A stretch of DNA of 64,000 nucleotides from an uncultured bacterium (GCA_938084905.1 CALKEQ010000002.1:139515-203514); one strand, 5' to 3'; shown: positions 45,241-56,370, counted from the stretch's first letter. Made by a program: numbers and translations. Notes: a model not told the origin generated them from the letters alone.

Positions 45241-45846
45241 AAATGCCCTTTCTATAAAATCTTCTATTTCCGCTTCGAGCCCAAAGTAGAAATGATCCGT
45301 ATTTACCACCATTATTGATTTCTCTATTTGGGGCAACTCTCTGTAAACACGCATGTTACAATCAAGGGGCGAAATTTGATCCTTACTCCCACAAACAAAG
45401 TAGATCCTTTTTTTGAAATTCGTAACCTCTTTTTGGTCAAAAAAAGCAAAAGGATAAGAGACAAGAAAAAGATCTGAAACCTCCCTCCTCAGTGCTGCAA
45501 CTTTTGCGCATATCCATGCACCGAATGAATACCCTGCCAGTACAACTCTCGGGCAAAAATCGAGTCTGGACTCTAAAAAACCAAGGGCAGAGATAAGGTC
45601 CCGAATCTCCCCATCTCCCCCTCCGTAAGATCCTTCGCTTCTTCCAACACCTCTAAAGTTGAATCTGAGAGTGGTGAATCCGGCAGATGAGAAACCCTTC
45701 TCCATGGAATAGATCACGTTGTTGTCCATAGATCCTCCGTAAAGGGGGTGGGGATGGCAAAGGACAGCCCCTTTTTTTCTAGACCTTAAATTTAGCAAAC
45801 CCTCCAAAATGTAGTCTGAGCTGATCCAAACCGTCTCTATTGACAC
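45235..45846 (-). CDS. Alpha/beta hydrolase
   Basis: 203 aa with nucleophile elbow GYSFGAW. Convergent 6-nt overlap with ribF. Confidence 0.7.
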   Translation of the reverse strand: MSIETVWISSDYILEGLLNLRSRKKGAVLCHPHPLYGGSMDNNVIYSMEKGFSSAGFTTLRFNFRGVGRSEGSYGGGDGEIRDLISALGFLESRLDFCPRVVLAGYSFGAWICAKVAALRREVSDLFLVSYPFAFFDQKEVTNFKKRIYFVCGSKDQISPLDCNMRVYRELPQIEKSIMVVNTDHFYFGLEAEIEDFIERAFS

Positions 45847-45889
45847 TTCTCAGTTATTTTGATAGTTTTTCTCAGCAAATTCAAGAAAA

Positions 45890-46765
45890 ATGGGCTTCTT
45901 CAGGAAGAAAGAGGAAAAGGAAGTAAAGGTCCACAAGGAAATAGATATAAAGAGGGAAATAAAAAAGGCCGAAGCAGAAAAGGAGGAGACGCTTTGGCTA
46001 AAGTGTACCTCCTGCATGGAACTTCTTTATAGAAAAGAGGTTGAGAGAAACTTCAGTATCTGTCCAAAGTGTTCGTACCACTTTCCAATTTCAGTGGAAA
46101 AAAGAATAGAGTTTACTTTTGAACCGGAAACTTTCAAAGAGTTTTACAGTGAACTCGCCCCCTATGATTTTCTCAAGTTCAAAGATACAAAGCCTTACAG
46201 TGCAAGGCTTCAGGAACTGAAGGAAAAAACTGGAAGGAACGATGCGGTTGTATGCGGATCTGGAAGGATTGGGGAGATAGAGGTTCTCTCTGCTATCTTC
46301 GATTTTTCTTTCATGGGTGGGAGCCTAGGGTCTGTCGTAGGTGAAAAGATAACCAGGCTACTTGAAGAGGGCAAAAGGAGGAAGATACCCGTTATAGTTT
46401 TCTGTTCATCAGGTGGTGCAAGGATGCAGGAGGGGATAATGTCCCTCATGCAGATGGCAAAGGTAACAGGCGCTATCAATCGTTTAAAGGAGGACGGGGT
46501 ACCTTATATAACTGTCCTTACTGACCCCACACTTGGAGGAGTAACGGCAAGCATCGCTATGCTCGGAGATATAATAATAGCAGAACCGAAGGCAATGATA
46601 GGTTTTGCAGGACCTAGGGTTATAAGGGAGACCATAAAGGAAGAACTCCCCCCTTTTTTCCAGAGGGCTGAGTACCTTCTGGAACATGGGATGATCGATA
46701 TGATAGTGGACAGAAGGGAAATGAAACAGACCCTACACAAGATGCTTTCAACTATCCTTTCATGA
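45890..46765 (+). CDS. accD: Acetyl-CoA carboxylase carboxyltransferase beta subunit
   Basis: N-terminal Zn ribbon CTSC...CPKC and a carboxyltransferase domain (SGGARMQEG). Confidence 0.9.
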   Translation: MGFFRKKEEKEVKVHKEIDIKREIKKAEAEKEETLWLKCTSCMELLYRKEVERNFSICPKCSYHFPISVEKRIEFTFEPETFKEFYSELAPYDFLKFKDTKPYSARLQELKEKTGRNDAVVCGSGRIGEIEVLSAIFDFSFMGGSLGSVVGEKITRLLEEGKRRKIPVIVFCSSGGARMQEGIMSLMQMAKVTGAINRLKEDGVPYITVLTDPTLGGVTASIAMLGDIIIAEPKAMIGFAGPRVIRETIKEELPPFFQRAEYLLEHGMIDMIVDRREMKQTLHKMLSTILS

Positions 46766-48024
46766 AAGATTCTCCTTTGGTCCAATACCTCCTTAGCCTT
46801 GAAAAGAAGGGGATGCTTTTTGGTCTTGAGAACATAAGCTCCATTCTCTTTGCCCTCGGCAACCCCCACCTATCCTATAGGTCCGTTCATGTTGGCGGAA
46901 CAAACGGGAAGGGATCGGTCACCAAGGTCTTATCGAGCCTTCTTGTGAAAGAAGGGTATAGGACAGGAAGGTACACGTCCCCTCACCTTCACAGTATAAC
47001 GGAGAGATTTTCCATAAACGAAGAGGATATAAAATACGAGGAGTTCGTAAAGATCTGCGAGGAAATATGGCAGAGGATAATAGACGAAAAGATTTCAACC
47101 TCCTTTACTTTTTTCGATTTTACTACAGCTGTGGCCTTTGAGTACTTTCGAAGAGAATCTGTTGAAATAGCCGTTGTAGAGGTCGGGTTAGGAGGAAGAC
47201 TAGATTCTACAAATGTGATAAAGCCGCTTCTCTCCGTCATAACGAATGTTTCTTACGATCACATGGACTACCTTGGAAGCACCATCTCCTCCATTGCCCA
47301 GGAGAAAGCTGGGATCATAAAGGAGAATGTTCCTGTTATTACAGGTGCAAAAGGGGTAGCTCTCAGGATATTAGAAGATTTTGCCTCCCGGAAAAGATCG
47401 CCGCTGTATGTGCTTGGCAAGCACTTCTCATTTGAGAAGATAAAGGAAAGAATGATGGATTACAGGGGCATAAAATGGAATTTCCATGATCTTTACGTAA
47501 ACCTTTTAGGAGATCATCAACTCAGTAACGTCTCGCTGGCCCTCTGCGCTCTGGAGATACTTTCAGAAAATGGCTTTCCCGTTAAAGAGTCGACTATAAG
47601 GGAAGGACTTTCAAATATTGAATGGATGGGAAGACTGGAGATTGTAAAAGAAAGACCAAAAATTATTCTCGATGGTGCCCACAACACCTCTGGAATGAGA
47701 GCACTTACCAAGTACATAAGTGAGAACCTGAAAGGGAGAAGAATCGTATGCATTTTCGGTGTTATGAAAGATAAGGATTTCAAAGGTATGGCAAAACTCG
47801 TTCTCTCATGGGCGGAAAAACTCATAATCACAAAACCTTCATTAGATCGTGCCCTTGATGTAAAGGAACTGAAAAAACTGCTTCCTTTCGCCTACCCCGC
47901 AGACTCTGTAAGAGAAGCTTTGGAAAATGCCAAAAAAGAGGTGGGAGAAGACGACGTAATTGTTGTTACTGGTTCACTTTTTCTAGTTGCGGAGGCAAGA
48001 GCGCTGATTCATGAAATCTTTTAG
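46762..48024 (+). CDS. folC: Dihydrofolate synthase / folylpolyglutamate synthase
   Basis: Mur-ligase P-loop GGTNGKGS. 420 aa. ATGA overlap with accD. Confidence 0.85.
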   Translation: MKDSPLVQYLLSLEKKGMLFGLENISSILFALGNPHLSYRSVHVGGTNGKGSVTKVLSSLLVKEGYRTGRYTSPHLHSITERFSINEEDIKYEEFVKICEEIWQRIIDEKISTSFTFFDFTTAVAFEYFRRESVEIAVVEVGLGGRLDSTNVIKPLLSVITNVSYDHMDYLGSTISSIAQEKAGIIKENVPVITGAKGVALRILEDFASRKRSPLYVLGKHFSFEKIKERMMDYRGIKWNFHDLYVNLLGDHQLSNVSLALCALEILSENGFPVKESTIREGLSNIEWMGRLEIVKERPKIILDGAHNTSGMRALTKYISENLKGRRIVCIFGVMKDKDFKGMAKLVLSWAEKLIITKPSLDRALDVKELKKLLPFAYPADSVREALENAKKEVGEDDVIVVTGSLFLVAEARALIHEIF

Positions 48025-50050
48025 TCCATTTATCCTTTTTTTCCCCCTTCTTTTCCCTTCATTATCTTTCTGCTTTGTGGGAAATTTCCAAACATCTTTA
48101 AAAGAAGAATTGGAAATTCAAGCTTTCCGCGTCGATTACGAGACGAGGAAAGGGATAGTGACTCTTGAGGGAGACGCGGAACTTGTTATTGGCAAAAGGT
48201 TATTTAAGGCATCGAAGATAATTTACAATGAGAAAACAAAAGAACTATTTGCAGAGGGGAACGTTTTTTTTAAGGACGGCGAAGATAGCATAACGTGCGA
48301 AAAGCTTTACTTTCACATGGAAAAAAGGACGGGAAGTATTGAGAACGGCCACATCTACATAAAGAAGGGTAATTATCACATAGATGGGGACCTAATAGAA
48401 AAAACGGGGGAAAGTACTTACTGCATAAGGAAAGGTTCACTTACAACATGTAGGCCTGATAGACCAGATTGGAGATTCAGGGCAAAAAACGCTCATATCG
48501 TGGTAGGTGGTTACGCAAAACTGACCAAAGCCACATTTGAGGTTGCCGGTAAACCTCTTTTTTATCTCCCATGGGGTTTATTTCCCGTAAAAACCGAAAG
48601 AGAAACAGGTCTTCTCATGCCCGATATTAAGGTTTCTGGCAGGGATGGCTTCGTTTTTTCTCCTTCCCTTTTTTGGGCGATAGATAAGGATAAGGATGCC
48701 ACATTTTACTTACAGTATATTGAAAAGAGAGGGATAAAACCAGGAATCGAGTTCAGATACGCAATGAGGGAGGACAAAAGAGGAGAGTGGTTTTCGTCAA
48801 TTTTGGATGATAGAAAGTTTATGAATACACGATATGAGATAAAAGGTGAACACCTTCAAGTCCTTCCAATGAAGTTCGAGCTTAAGGCAAAAGTTAGACA
48901 TACATCGGATGTGGATTACTTAATGGATTTCGCCGAAAAATCTGAGGAAAAAAGCGAATCCCTTCTAAAATCTGATCTTTACGTTGAGAGGCCTTTCAGG
49001 AGATCCCATATGACTGGAGAGGTATCCTATTTTCGAGATTTGCGTACAAAGGACAACGATTACACGTTCAAGTACCTTCCCTTTCTAAGTTTTTTTAGCG
49101 AGAAAATCCCCATCCTTGGGGGGATGTTTCTCTTCAACGTAAACTCAGAATTTATAAACTTTTACAGGGAGAAGGGCTCAAGATACGCAAGGTTCAGTTT
49201 TGAACCTTCAATCTCTAAGATCCATTCCTTTTCAGGATTAAACCTCACTCTCTCAGGCAATTACTACGGAAAAATTTACCTTATCGAAAGAGAAATGGAA
49301 AAAGAGAGGAATTCAGCTAAGGTAGATACTTTCAAAATCGAGAGTTCGCTCAATGCAAACTTTTTAAGAAGCTACAATCCCGCACGAATCATTGAGGGAG
49401 AACTAGAAAGTTTGATTAGACCAAACATAAGGTGGGTCTACATTCCAAGAAGGTCTTTTAAGGATATACCGTACATTGATCCCTCAGACAGATTTTACGA
49501 AACTAACATCCTTACTTACTCCTTTTCTCATTACCTTAATCTGAGAGGGGAGTCGGCCCGTGAGATCTCCGAATTTGGGATAGAACAATCCTATGGCCTC
49601 CAAAGAAAGCTTAAACCTTCAATCCTGTACGAGGGTTACGGAAAAAGATTTTCAGATCTGAAGGGAAGGTTAAGGTTCTATGGAATAGAAAATCTTGGTT
49701 TTACAAATGAAAGTGTTGTAAATATCTATGGTGAGGGCCTGAGGAAGACCATAAACGAACTTTCTTACAAATTCAAGGAAGATGGGGGGTTTCATATCTC
49801 CCACACTTACACCAAGGAAACGGCCCATGAGCTTTCCTTAGAAATGAAAGGGAAGTTTCACGATTTTTTTGGAAGGTTCGGACTGAGGTACTCTTTCCTT
49901 AACCGGGAGTGGATAGATACTTCCTATGAAATAACTTACAGTCCCCTATGCTGGTCTCTCACCTTAAGGCTAAGCCAGACAAAAAGACCCAAAGATACGA
50001 GTTTGCGATTGAACTTTGACCTTAAAGGGATAACTGAGAGAACTCGTTAA
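48011..50050 (+). CDS. lptD: LPS assembly outer-membrane protein LptD/OstA-like
   Basis: Signal peptide, an OstA-like N-terminal beta-jellyroll, and a long Tyr/Phe-rich beta-barrel region ending in an aromatic-rich C-terminus. Confidence 0.65.
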   Translation: MKSFSPFILFFPLLFPSLSFCFVGNFQTSLKEELEIQAFRVDYETRKGIVTLEGDAELVIGKRLFKASKIIYNEKTKELFAEGNVFFKDGEDSITCEKLYFHMEKRTGSIENGHIYIKKGNYHIDGDLIEKTGESTYCIRKGSLTTCRPDRPDWRFRAKNAHIVVGGYAKLTKATFEVAGKPLFYLPWGLFPVKTERETGLLMPDIKVSGRDGFVFSPSLFWAIDKDKDATFYLQYIEKRGIKPGIEFRYAMREDKRGEWFSSILDDRKFMNTRYEIKGEHLQVLPMKFELKAKVRHTSDVDYLMDFAEKSEEKSESLLKSDLYVERPFRRSHMTGEVSYFRDLRTKDNDYTFKYLPFLSFFSEKIPILGGMFLFNVNSEFINFYREKGSRYARFSFEPSISKIHSFSGLNLTLSGNYYGKIYLIEREMEKERNSAKVDTFKIESSLNANFLRSYNPARIIEGELESLIRPNIRWVYIPRRSFKDIPYIDPSDRFYETNILTYSFSHYLNLRGESAREISEFGIEQSYGLQRKLKPSILYEGYGKRFSDLKGRLRFYGIENLGFTNESVVNIYGEGLRKTINELSYKFKEDGGFHISHTYTKETAHELSLEMKGKFHDFFGRFGLRYSFLNREWIDTSYEITYSPLCWSLTLRLSQTKRPKDTSLRLNFDLKGITERTR

Positions 50051-50060
50051 GGAGGAAGTT

Positions 50061-50789
50061 ATGAAGGGGGTCATTCTTGCGGGAGGCCTAGGTAGTAGGC
50101 TTTATCCTCTTACAAAGATTACGAATAAACATCTCCTCCCTGTCTACAACAGGCCAATGATCTACTATCCACTGGAGGCTCTCATAAAGGCGGGAATAGA
50201 GGACATAATGATAGTTACTGGTGGAAACTACGCAGGGGATTTCTTAAGGCTTCTCGGAAACGGACGGGAATTTGGGCTAAAACACCTAAATTACACTTAC
50301 CAAGAGGGAGAAGGGGGGATCGCTCACGCATTGTCCCTTGCAGAGTACTTCGCAGATGGTGAACCTATTTGTGTTATCTTAGGTGATAACATACTCGAAA
50401 AAAGTATAAGGAAAGCGGTAAAGAACTTTGAGAAACAAAAGAGGGGTGCAAAGATCCTCTTAAAAGAGGTACCAGATCCGGAAAGATTCGGGGTTGCGGA
50501 GATTGAAAATGGTAAGCTCGTGAGGATAGTTGAGAAGCCAAAAAATCCGAAGAGCAATCTTGCTGTTATCGGTGTTTACATGTACGATTCGAAGGTCTTC
50601 GATATAATAAGGACACTTAAACCCTCAGAGAGGGGCGAACTGGAGATCACAGACGTGAACAATGCCTATATAAGGGAAGGTACCATGACTTACGAGATGC
50701 TAGATGGATGGTGGACAGATGCGGGAACATTCGAGTCGCTTCTTAGGGCAAATATTCTTGTCTCACAGACTGGAGCAAATAACGATTGA
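50061..50789 (+). CDS. rfbA: Glucose-1-phosphate thymidylyltransferase (short form)
   Basis: GGLGSRLYPLT nucleotidyltransferase motif. First gene of an rfbA-C-B-D cluster. Confidence 0.8.
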   Translation: MKGVILAGGLGSRLYPLTKITNKHLLPVYNRPMIYYPLEALIKAGIEDIMIVTGGNYAGDFLRLLGNGREFGLKHLNYTYQEGEGGIAHALSLAEYFADGEPICVILGDNILEKSIRKAVKNFEKQKRGAKILLKEVPDPERFGVAEIENGKLVRIVEKPKNPKSNLAVIGVYMYDSKVFDIIRTLKPSERGELEITDVNNAYIREGTMTYEMLDGWWTDAGTFESLLRANILVSQTGANND

Positions 50790-50801
50790 GAAGGAAGAAG
50801 G

Positions 50802-51257
50802 ATGATAGACGGGGTTAAAATTAAAAAATTGAATGTGATTCCGGACGAAAGGGGAAGGCTTATGGAAATTTTAAGGTGCGATGATGAGATATTTAAGAAA
50901 TTCGGTCAGGTCTACCTTACAACCACCTATCCTGGAGTTGTAAAGGCGTGGCATTACCACAAAATTCAGGATGACTACGTCACCTGCATTAAGGGTATGA
51001 TAAAACTTGTGCTTTACGATGAGAGGGACGGATCTCCAACAAAAGGGGAGATAAACGAGTTCTTCATCGGGGACTACAATTTCTGTCTTGTTATGATTCC
51101 AAGGATGGTTTACCACGGTTGGAAATGTATAAGCGAATCTGAAGCTCTCATAATAAACATACCAACTGAGCCTTACAATCGAGAAAACCCAGACGAATTT
51201 AGAATTGACCCCCACATAAACAACATACCTTATAGGTGGGAAAGGAAGGACGGCTGA
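50802..51257 (+). CDS. rfbC: dTDP-4-dehydrorhamnose 3,5-epimerase-like cupin
   Basis: 151-aa cupin (DERGRLMEI, KAWHYH, HGW). Its position lies between rfbA and rfbB. Confidence 0.7.
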   Translation: MIDGVKIKKLNVIPDERGRLMEILRCDDEIFKKFGQVYLTTTYPGVVKAWHYHKIQDDYVTCIKGMIKLVLYDERDGSPTKGEINEFFIGDYNFCLVMIPRMVYHGWKCISESEALIINIPTEPYNRENPDEFRIDPHINNIPYRWERKDG

Positions 51258-51258
51258 A

Positions 51259-52263
51259 ATGAGAATCCTTGTGACAGGAGGATGTGGTTTTATAGGGAGC
51301 AACTTCATACACTACATGCTTGAGAGGTATCCATACGAGATTGTGAATCTTGACAAGCTTACATACGCGGGCAACCTTGAAAATCTAAAGGACGTAGAGG
51401 ACGATCCCAGGTACAGATTTGTAAGAGGTGATGTGGCAGATAGATCGGTGGTTGTAAAAATTTTTGAGCAGCCCGTGGATGTGGTCGTCCATTTTGCCGC
51501 TGAATCACACGTCGACCGTTCCATACAGGACCCCTCAGATTTTATAAGAACAAACGTTTTAGGAACGTACAATCTCCTGGAGGTGGCCAGAATAAAAGGT
51601 GTTGGCCTTTTCGTCCAAATCTCCACAGATGAGGTTTACGGCTCACTTGGTCCAGAGGGTAAATTCACGGAAGAGACCCCACTTTCTCCAAATAGTCCAT
51701 ACTCTGCCTCTAAAGCCTCAGCAGACCTTATCGCCATGGCTTATTACAAAACATACGGTCTACCTGTGATAATAACGAGGTGTTCAAACAACTACGGTCC
51801 CTATCAGTTTCCCGAGAAACTTATCCCTCTTATGATAACGAATGCCCTTGAGGACAAAGAGCTTCCCATCTACGGAGATGGAAAGAACGTGAGGGACTGG
51901 ATACATGTTACTGACCATGCTCGCGCAATTGATCTTGTGATCCACAAGGGAAAAAAGGGGGAAATTTACAATATCGGAGCGGATAATGAAAGGACCAACA
52001 TAGAGATTGTGGAAATGTTGCTCCAGATCCTTGGGAAACCACGTTCTCTGATTAGGTTTGTAAAGGATAGGCCTGGACATGACAGAAGATACGCAATATG
52101 CGCTGAAAAGATAAGGAAGGAGCTAGGCTTTACTCCTCAGATAGATTTCAAAAAAGGGCTTGAGGAGACTGTTAGATGGTACATTGAAAAAAGATCATGG
52201 TGGCAGAGGATAAAGACCGGTGAGTACATGAAGTACTATGAAAGTATGTACGGACAAAGATGA
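51259..52263 (+). CDS. rfbB: dTDP-glucose 4,6-dehydratase
   Basis: SDR Rossmann TGGCGFIGS, catalytic YSASK, DEVYG. Confidence 0.9.
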   Translation: MRILVTGGCGFIGSNFIHYMLERYPYEIVNLDKLTYAGNLENLKDVEDDPRYRFVRGDVADRSVVVKIFEQPVDVVVHFAAESHVDRSIQDPSDFIRTNVLGTYNLLEVARIKGVGLFVQISTDEVYGSLGPEGKFTEETPLSPNSPYSASKASADLIAMAYYKTYGLPVIITRCSNNYGPYQFPEKLIPLMITNALEDKELPIYGDGKNVRDWIHVTDHARAIDLVIHKGKKGEIYNIGADNERTNIEIVEMLLQILGKPRSLIRFVKDRPGHDRRYAICAEKIRKELGFTPQIDFKKGLEETVRWYIEKRSWWQRIKTGEYMKYYESMYGQR

Positions 52264-53096
52264 GAATAGTGATCACTGGCGGGGACGGATTAATTGGTAA
52301 AAACATAGCTCCTTATCTTACTCGTCATCATGAGTGTTTCTCCCTTACCGCTAGTGAGTGGGACGTAACTGATGAGGAAGCTGGAAGACGTGTGATAAGG
52401 GAGTTAAATCCAGACCTTGTGATAAATCTGGCTGCAATAACGGACGTGGACCTCTGTGAAGATGAGATCGAACTGGCGGAAAGGGTCAACGTTTACGGCG
52501 CAGAGTGCGTCGCAAGACTATGTGCTGAGTATGGAATAGGGCTAGTCCACTTCAGTACCGACTACGTTTTCAATGGAAAAAAGGGCTCTCCTTACACTGA
52601 AGATGATACTCCCGAACCCCTCTCTGTTTATGGAAGAACCAAACTGGAGTCCGAAAAAAAGGTAAGGAACTTTCATCCTTCTCCTCTTATAATCAGGACA
52701 CAGTGGGTTTATGGAGATGGGGGTAAGAACTTTATAACAAAGGTCCTTGATGCAGCAAAGAAAAAAGATCGGATCGAAGTTGTGAATGACCAGTTCGGCT
52801 CACCCACTTACGCGGCTGATCTTGCCGAGCCTTTAGAGCTCCTTTTTGAACTAAAAAAGTCTGGTATATACCATGTTGCCAATTCAGGGATCTGCAGCTG
52901 GTACGATTTAGCAAAGGAGGTCTTCAGAATAAAGAAAATATCCGTAGATCTTGTCCCGGTCTCTTCGGAGGAGATAAAAAGAAGGGCAAAAAGGCCACCT
53001 TTTTCCGCATTAAGCACGGAAAAGCTAAAAAAGGATACGGGATTTAGTTTAAGACCTTGGAAGGAAGCATTGGAGGAATACCTCACCCAGTTATGA
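52260..53096 (+). CDS. rfbD: dTDP-4-dehydrorhamnose reductase
   Basis: TGGDGLIG Rossmann motif, STDYVF, YGRTK catalytic region. Confidence 0.85.
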   Translation: MRIVITGGDGLIGKNIAPYLTRHHECFSLTASEWDVTDEEAGRRVIRELNPDLVINLAAITDVDLCEDEIELAERVNVYGAECVARLCAEYGIGLVHFSTDYVFNGKKGSPYTEDDTPEPLSVYGRTKLESEKKVRNFHPSPLIIRTQWVYGDGGKNFITKVLDAAKKKDRIEVVNDQFGSPTYAADLAEPLELLFELKKSGIYHVANSGICSWYDLAKEVFRIKKISVDLVPVSSEEIKRRAKRPPFSALSTEKLKKDTGFSLRPWKEALEEYLTQL

Positions 53097-53797
53097 AGGC
53101 CATTTTCTTCGGCGACGCACACCTAGGAGAGCTAACACATAAAGAGATGAGTTTTCTGCTTAAGTTCATGGATGAGGTGCTTGAGGACGCAGATTGGGTA
53201 TTTATAATGGGTGACATTTTCCAATTCTACCACGGATATGACGGTTTTATTTACAGTTGGTTTCTCCCTTTCGTTCAAAAAACAAGAGAGCTATCAGCAA
53301 AGGGAAAGAGGCTCTTCTTTCTGGAAGGAAACCACGAGTTCTTCCTTGGGACTTACTTTGAGACTTTAAGTTCTTGTAAATCTTTTATCAGTCTTGATGT
53401 GAATCTCGATGGTCTCCGAATATACACTTCCCACGGTCATGAGTTTTCCCTTTCCCTATTAAATAGAATTCTCCGTTCAAGACCCATAATCTCACTTATG
53501 GATCTTTTAGGACCTGAAACATCATGGAGGCTGGCAAAAATCGCAGGTTTTTTTCTTTCCAGAAAAAAGAAATCATTCAGTGAGAAGGATCTAAGGCTTT
53601 TCAGGAAATACGCTGAGAAAAAGTTCAGGGAGGGGTTTGACGCTGTCGTTCTTGCCCACTCCCATATTCCTGACATCTACGAGATCTTCGAGGAAGGGAA
53701 AAGAAAAATCTACCTGAACACAGGGGACATAATAAAAAACGGAACATACGTTGAGTACACGACAGAGAAAGGTTTTACCTTAAGGAAATATCCTTGA
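53093..53797 (+). CDS. Metallophosphoesterase, UDP-2,3-diacylglucosamine hydrolase (LpxH)-like
   Basis: FFGDAHLG, MGDIF, GNHEF and HSH motifs. I place the start at MKAIFFGD (53093), an ATGA overlap with rfbD, rather than the tracked 53057. Confidence 0.6.
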   Translation: MKAIFFGDAHLGELTHKEMSFLLKFMDEVLEDADWVFIMGDIFQFYHGYDGFIYSWFLPFVQKTRELSAKGKRLFFLEGNHEFFLGTYFETLSSCKSFISLDVNLDGLRIYTSHGHEFSLSLLNRILRSRPIISLMDLLGPETSWRLAKIAGFFLSRKKKSFSEKDLRLFRKYAEKKFREGFDAVVLAHSHIPDIYEIFEEGKRKIYLNTGDIIKNGTYVEYTTEKGFTLRKYP

Positions 53798-53832
53798 CAG
53801 AGTTTTAGGCCTTCGTATAAAATTAATTTCGT

Positions 53833-53905
<73 letters not shown>

Positions 53906-53980
53906 CATTCCAGTTATCTTCAAGGCTCCTCAATCCTCTGGACAATCATCCCTTTTAAGTAGTATATGTGATCATCATCT

Positions 53981-55243
53981 ATGGGGACGAGAGTCCGGAT
54001 TCTAATCCTTTTTTCCCTTTTTAACATCCTTTTTTTAAGGTTTGCTTCCGGGATAACCCTAGAAGAGGCACTAACTAGGGCCCTCTCAGTCTCTTACACC
54101 TTGAAAGAACAAGAGGAAATGATAAAAAAATCGCGCTTTTTCTATCTTTCCACAATCGATCCTTATCTGCCCAGATTCGATCTTAAAGGCTCATATGCAA
54201 GAATTATCTCACCCTCAACCTACACGGCTTCATCCAGAGAGAATTACAGTCTATGCACGGTCATCTCTTACAGAATTTTTGACGGAGGTGAAAGGTATTC
54301 GAGGAGGAAGGGAGCTTATTTTTCCTACGAGAAGGATATGGAGAAACTGAAATCCATAAGACAGGAAGTTGCATACATTGTGAAAAAGTACTTTTATGAG
54401 GCCCTCGGAAAAAGGGAAATAGTGAAAACAAAGGAGGAGTCCTTTGAGAAGGCAAAAAAAGTATTCGAGCTGACAAGAGGTAGGTACGAGGCTGGAATCG
54501 CAAAAAAAAGTGATGTGCTACAAGCTCAGCTTAGAATGGAGTCAGCACTTATAGAATACGAGAATGCTAAAAAGGAATACGAAAAGTCCCTTGAGTCTTT
54601 GGCATCTTATCTCTTACTCGATCAATTACAAACTCTTCATGTTGAGGGGTCATTGGAGAAACCGGATTTCAAAATGGACGTAAATGAAATCATAAAAAAG
54701 GCTCTTACAAGTAAGCCTGAAATACTTGCGCAGAAAAATGAAATAAAAAGGCTTGAGATGGCTTATAAGGAGAAGGAGAGTTCATGGTATCCGAAAATAG
54801 ACGCAGAGATTCAGCACCAACGGCAGGATACCGTTTTTTTCCCAAAGATAAGAAGTGACCAATTTGTAATATCCTTCGTTCTACCCATATTCGATGGATT
54901 TGGCCGGTACTACTCATTAAAAGGAGTAAAAAGCGAAATTTCCGCCGCAAAAGCCAAACTAGAGGAGATGAAAAGGGAAACAGAATCCCAGATAAAGACG
55001 GCCTTCATTGAATACGGAATGTCTCTAAGAAACGTGGAACTATATGAAAAACTCGTTGAGGAAGCCAGGGTGAACTTCGAGCAGTTACTCGGTGAATACC
55101 AGGTTGGAAAGGGTGACATTCTGAGCCTTCTTAACAGTGAAAAGGACCTTGCATCTGCAAAGGAGCGTTATTTGCGGTCTCTCATGGAAGCGAATATCTC
55201 CCTCTTTTACCTTGAGAAGGTAGCGTACCTGAAGGAGTATTAG
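53981..55243 (+). CDS. TolC-family outer-membrane efflux protein
   Basis: Signal peptide plus two OEP repeats rich in coiled-coil sequence. First gene of the efflux cluster. Confidence 0.8.
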   Translation: MGTRVRILILFSLFNILFLRFASGITLEEALTRALSVSYTLKEQEEMIKKSRFFYLSTIDPYLPRFDLKGSYARIISPSTYTASSRENYSLCTVISYRIFDGGERYSRRKGAYFSYEKDMEKLKSIRQEVAYIVKKYFYEALGKREIVKTKEESFEKAKKVFELTRGRYEAGIAKKSDVLQAQLRMESALIEYENAKKEYEKSLESLASYLLLDQLQTLHVEGSLEKPDFKMDVNEIIKKALTSKPEILAQKNEIKRLEMAYKEKESSWYPKIDAEIQHQRQDTVFFPKIRSDQFVISFVLPIFDGFGRYYSLKGVKSEISAAKAKLEEMKRETESQIKTAFIEYGMSLRNVELYEKLVEEARVNFEQLLGEYQVGKGDILSLLNSEKDLASAKERYLRSLMEANISLFYLEKVAYLKEY

Positions 55244-55245
55244 GG

Positions 55246-56370
55246 GTGAAGAAAATCCCGTTTCTTCTTGCAGGATTATTTTTTGTCTTTCTTTTACTTT
55301 ACTTCACCATAGGAAAAAAAGAGAGAGAGGCAATCAATCCGGATGAGATAGCCTTTGTGAAAAGGGGCAATATTACTCATTTTACAGAACAGACTGGCAT
55401 AGTAAAGGCCCAGGTTGGTGCAATAGTGAGGGTTGGTACAAGGGCCACAGGAGAAATAGTTGAGCTTAATTACCAGGTTGGGGATTTTGTGAAAAAAGGG
55501 GCACTGATCGCGCGAATAGATGACAGGGAACTTATGGCAAACAAAAGGGAATTGGAAGCCCAGATAGAGGAGCAAAAGAGGGAGATTGAAGCGAAAGAAG
55601 CTCATTACTCCTATTGTAAAAAGGAGTATGAAAGGCAGCTTCTTCTGCTTTCTAAGGAGTTCACAACTAAAGAGAGTGTTGACAAGGCGGAAAAAGAACT
55701 TCGTATAGCCTATTCCGAACTCCAGCTTTCAAAGGCGAAACTTAGGGCCCTTGAAGAGAAACTGAAAGCTCTCGAAATAAGACTGAGTTACTATAGCATC
55801 TACGCTCCAATATCAGGGTACGTAACAGAGATAAGTGCCCAGAAGGGAGAGACAGTTGTTGCTGGACTTTCGGCAGTAAACCTCGTAACGATCATGGACA
55901 CCACCAAACTGGAAATGTGGATATACGTTGATGAGACTGACATTGGCAGGACAAGGCCCGGTATGAGGGTGGAATATTGGGTTGATGCACACAAAGATAA
56001 AAGATTCAGTGGGAAAATTTCCACCATATACCCTCAACCTCAGATAATGAACAACATAGTTTACTACCTTGCCATCGTAAAAATAGATCCTGCGTACACT
56101 TTCTACCTTAGGCCTGACATGACAACCCATGTAAGAATAATCGTCGATGAGAAAAAGAACGTTCTCCTTTGTCCGAATGGGGCAATTCGTTTTGAAGATG
56201 GAAAGTTTGTGGTCTATGTGAAAAAAGGTGAAAAAATAGAGAGAAGGGTAGTTTCTTGTGGCATAAGTGACGAAAATAACACTGAGATAATATCTGGTCT
56301 TTCAGAAGGGGAGATGGTCCTACTTAAGGTTAAGCCTTTCAAATCAAAGGAGACTAAAAAGAAAAGGTGA
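55246..56370 (+). CDS. HlyD/MacA-family periplasmic adaptor
   Basis: N-terminal TM, a lipoyl-like domain, a long coiled-coil hairpin (KRELEAQIEEQKREIEAKE...) and a beta-barrel domain. Confidence 0.8.
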   Translation: MKKIPFLLAGLFFVFLLLYFTIGKKEREAINPDEIAFVKRGNITHFTEQTGIVKAQVGAIVRVGTRATGEIVELNYQVGDFVKKGALIARIDDRELMANKRELEAQIEEQKREIEAKEAHYSYCKKEYERQLLLLSKEFTTKESVDKAEKELRIAYSELQLSKAKLRALEEKLKALEIRLSYYSIYAPISGYVTEISAQKGETVVAGLSAVNLVTIMDTTKLEMWIYVDETDIGRTRPGMRVEYWVDAHKDKRFSGKISTIYPQPQIMNNIVYYLAIVKIDPAYTFYLRPDMTTHVRIIVDEKKNVLLCPNGAIRFEDGKFVVYVKKGEKIERRVVSCGISDENNTEIISGLSEGEMVLLKVKPFKSKETKKKR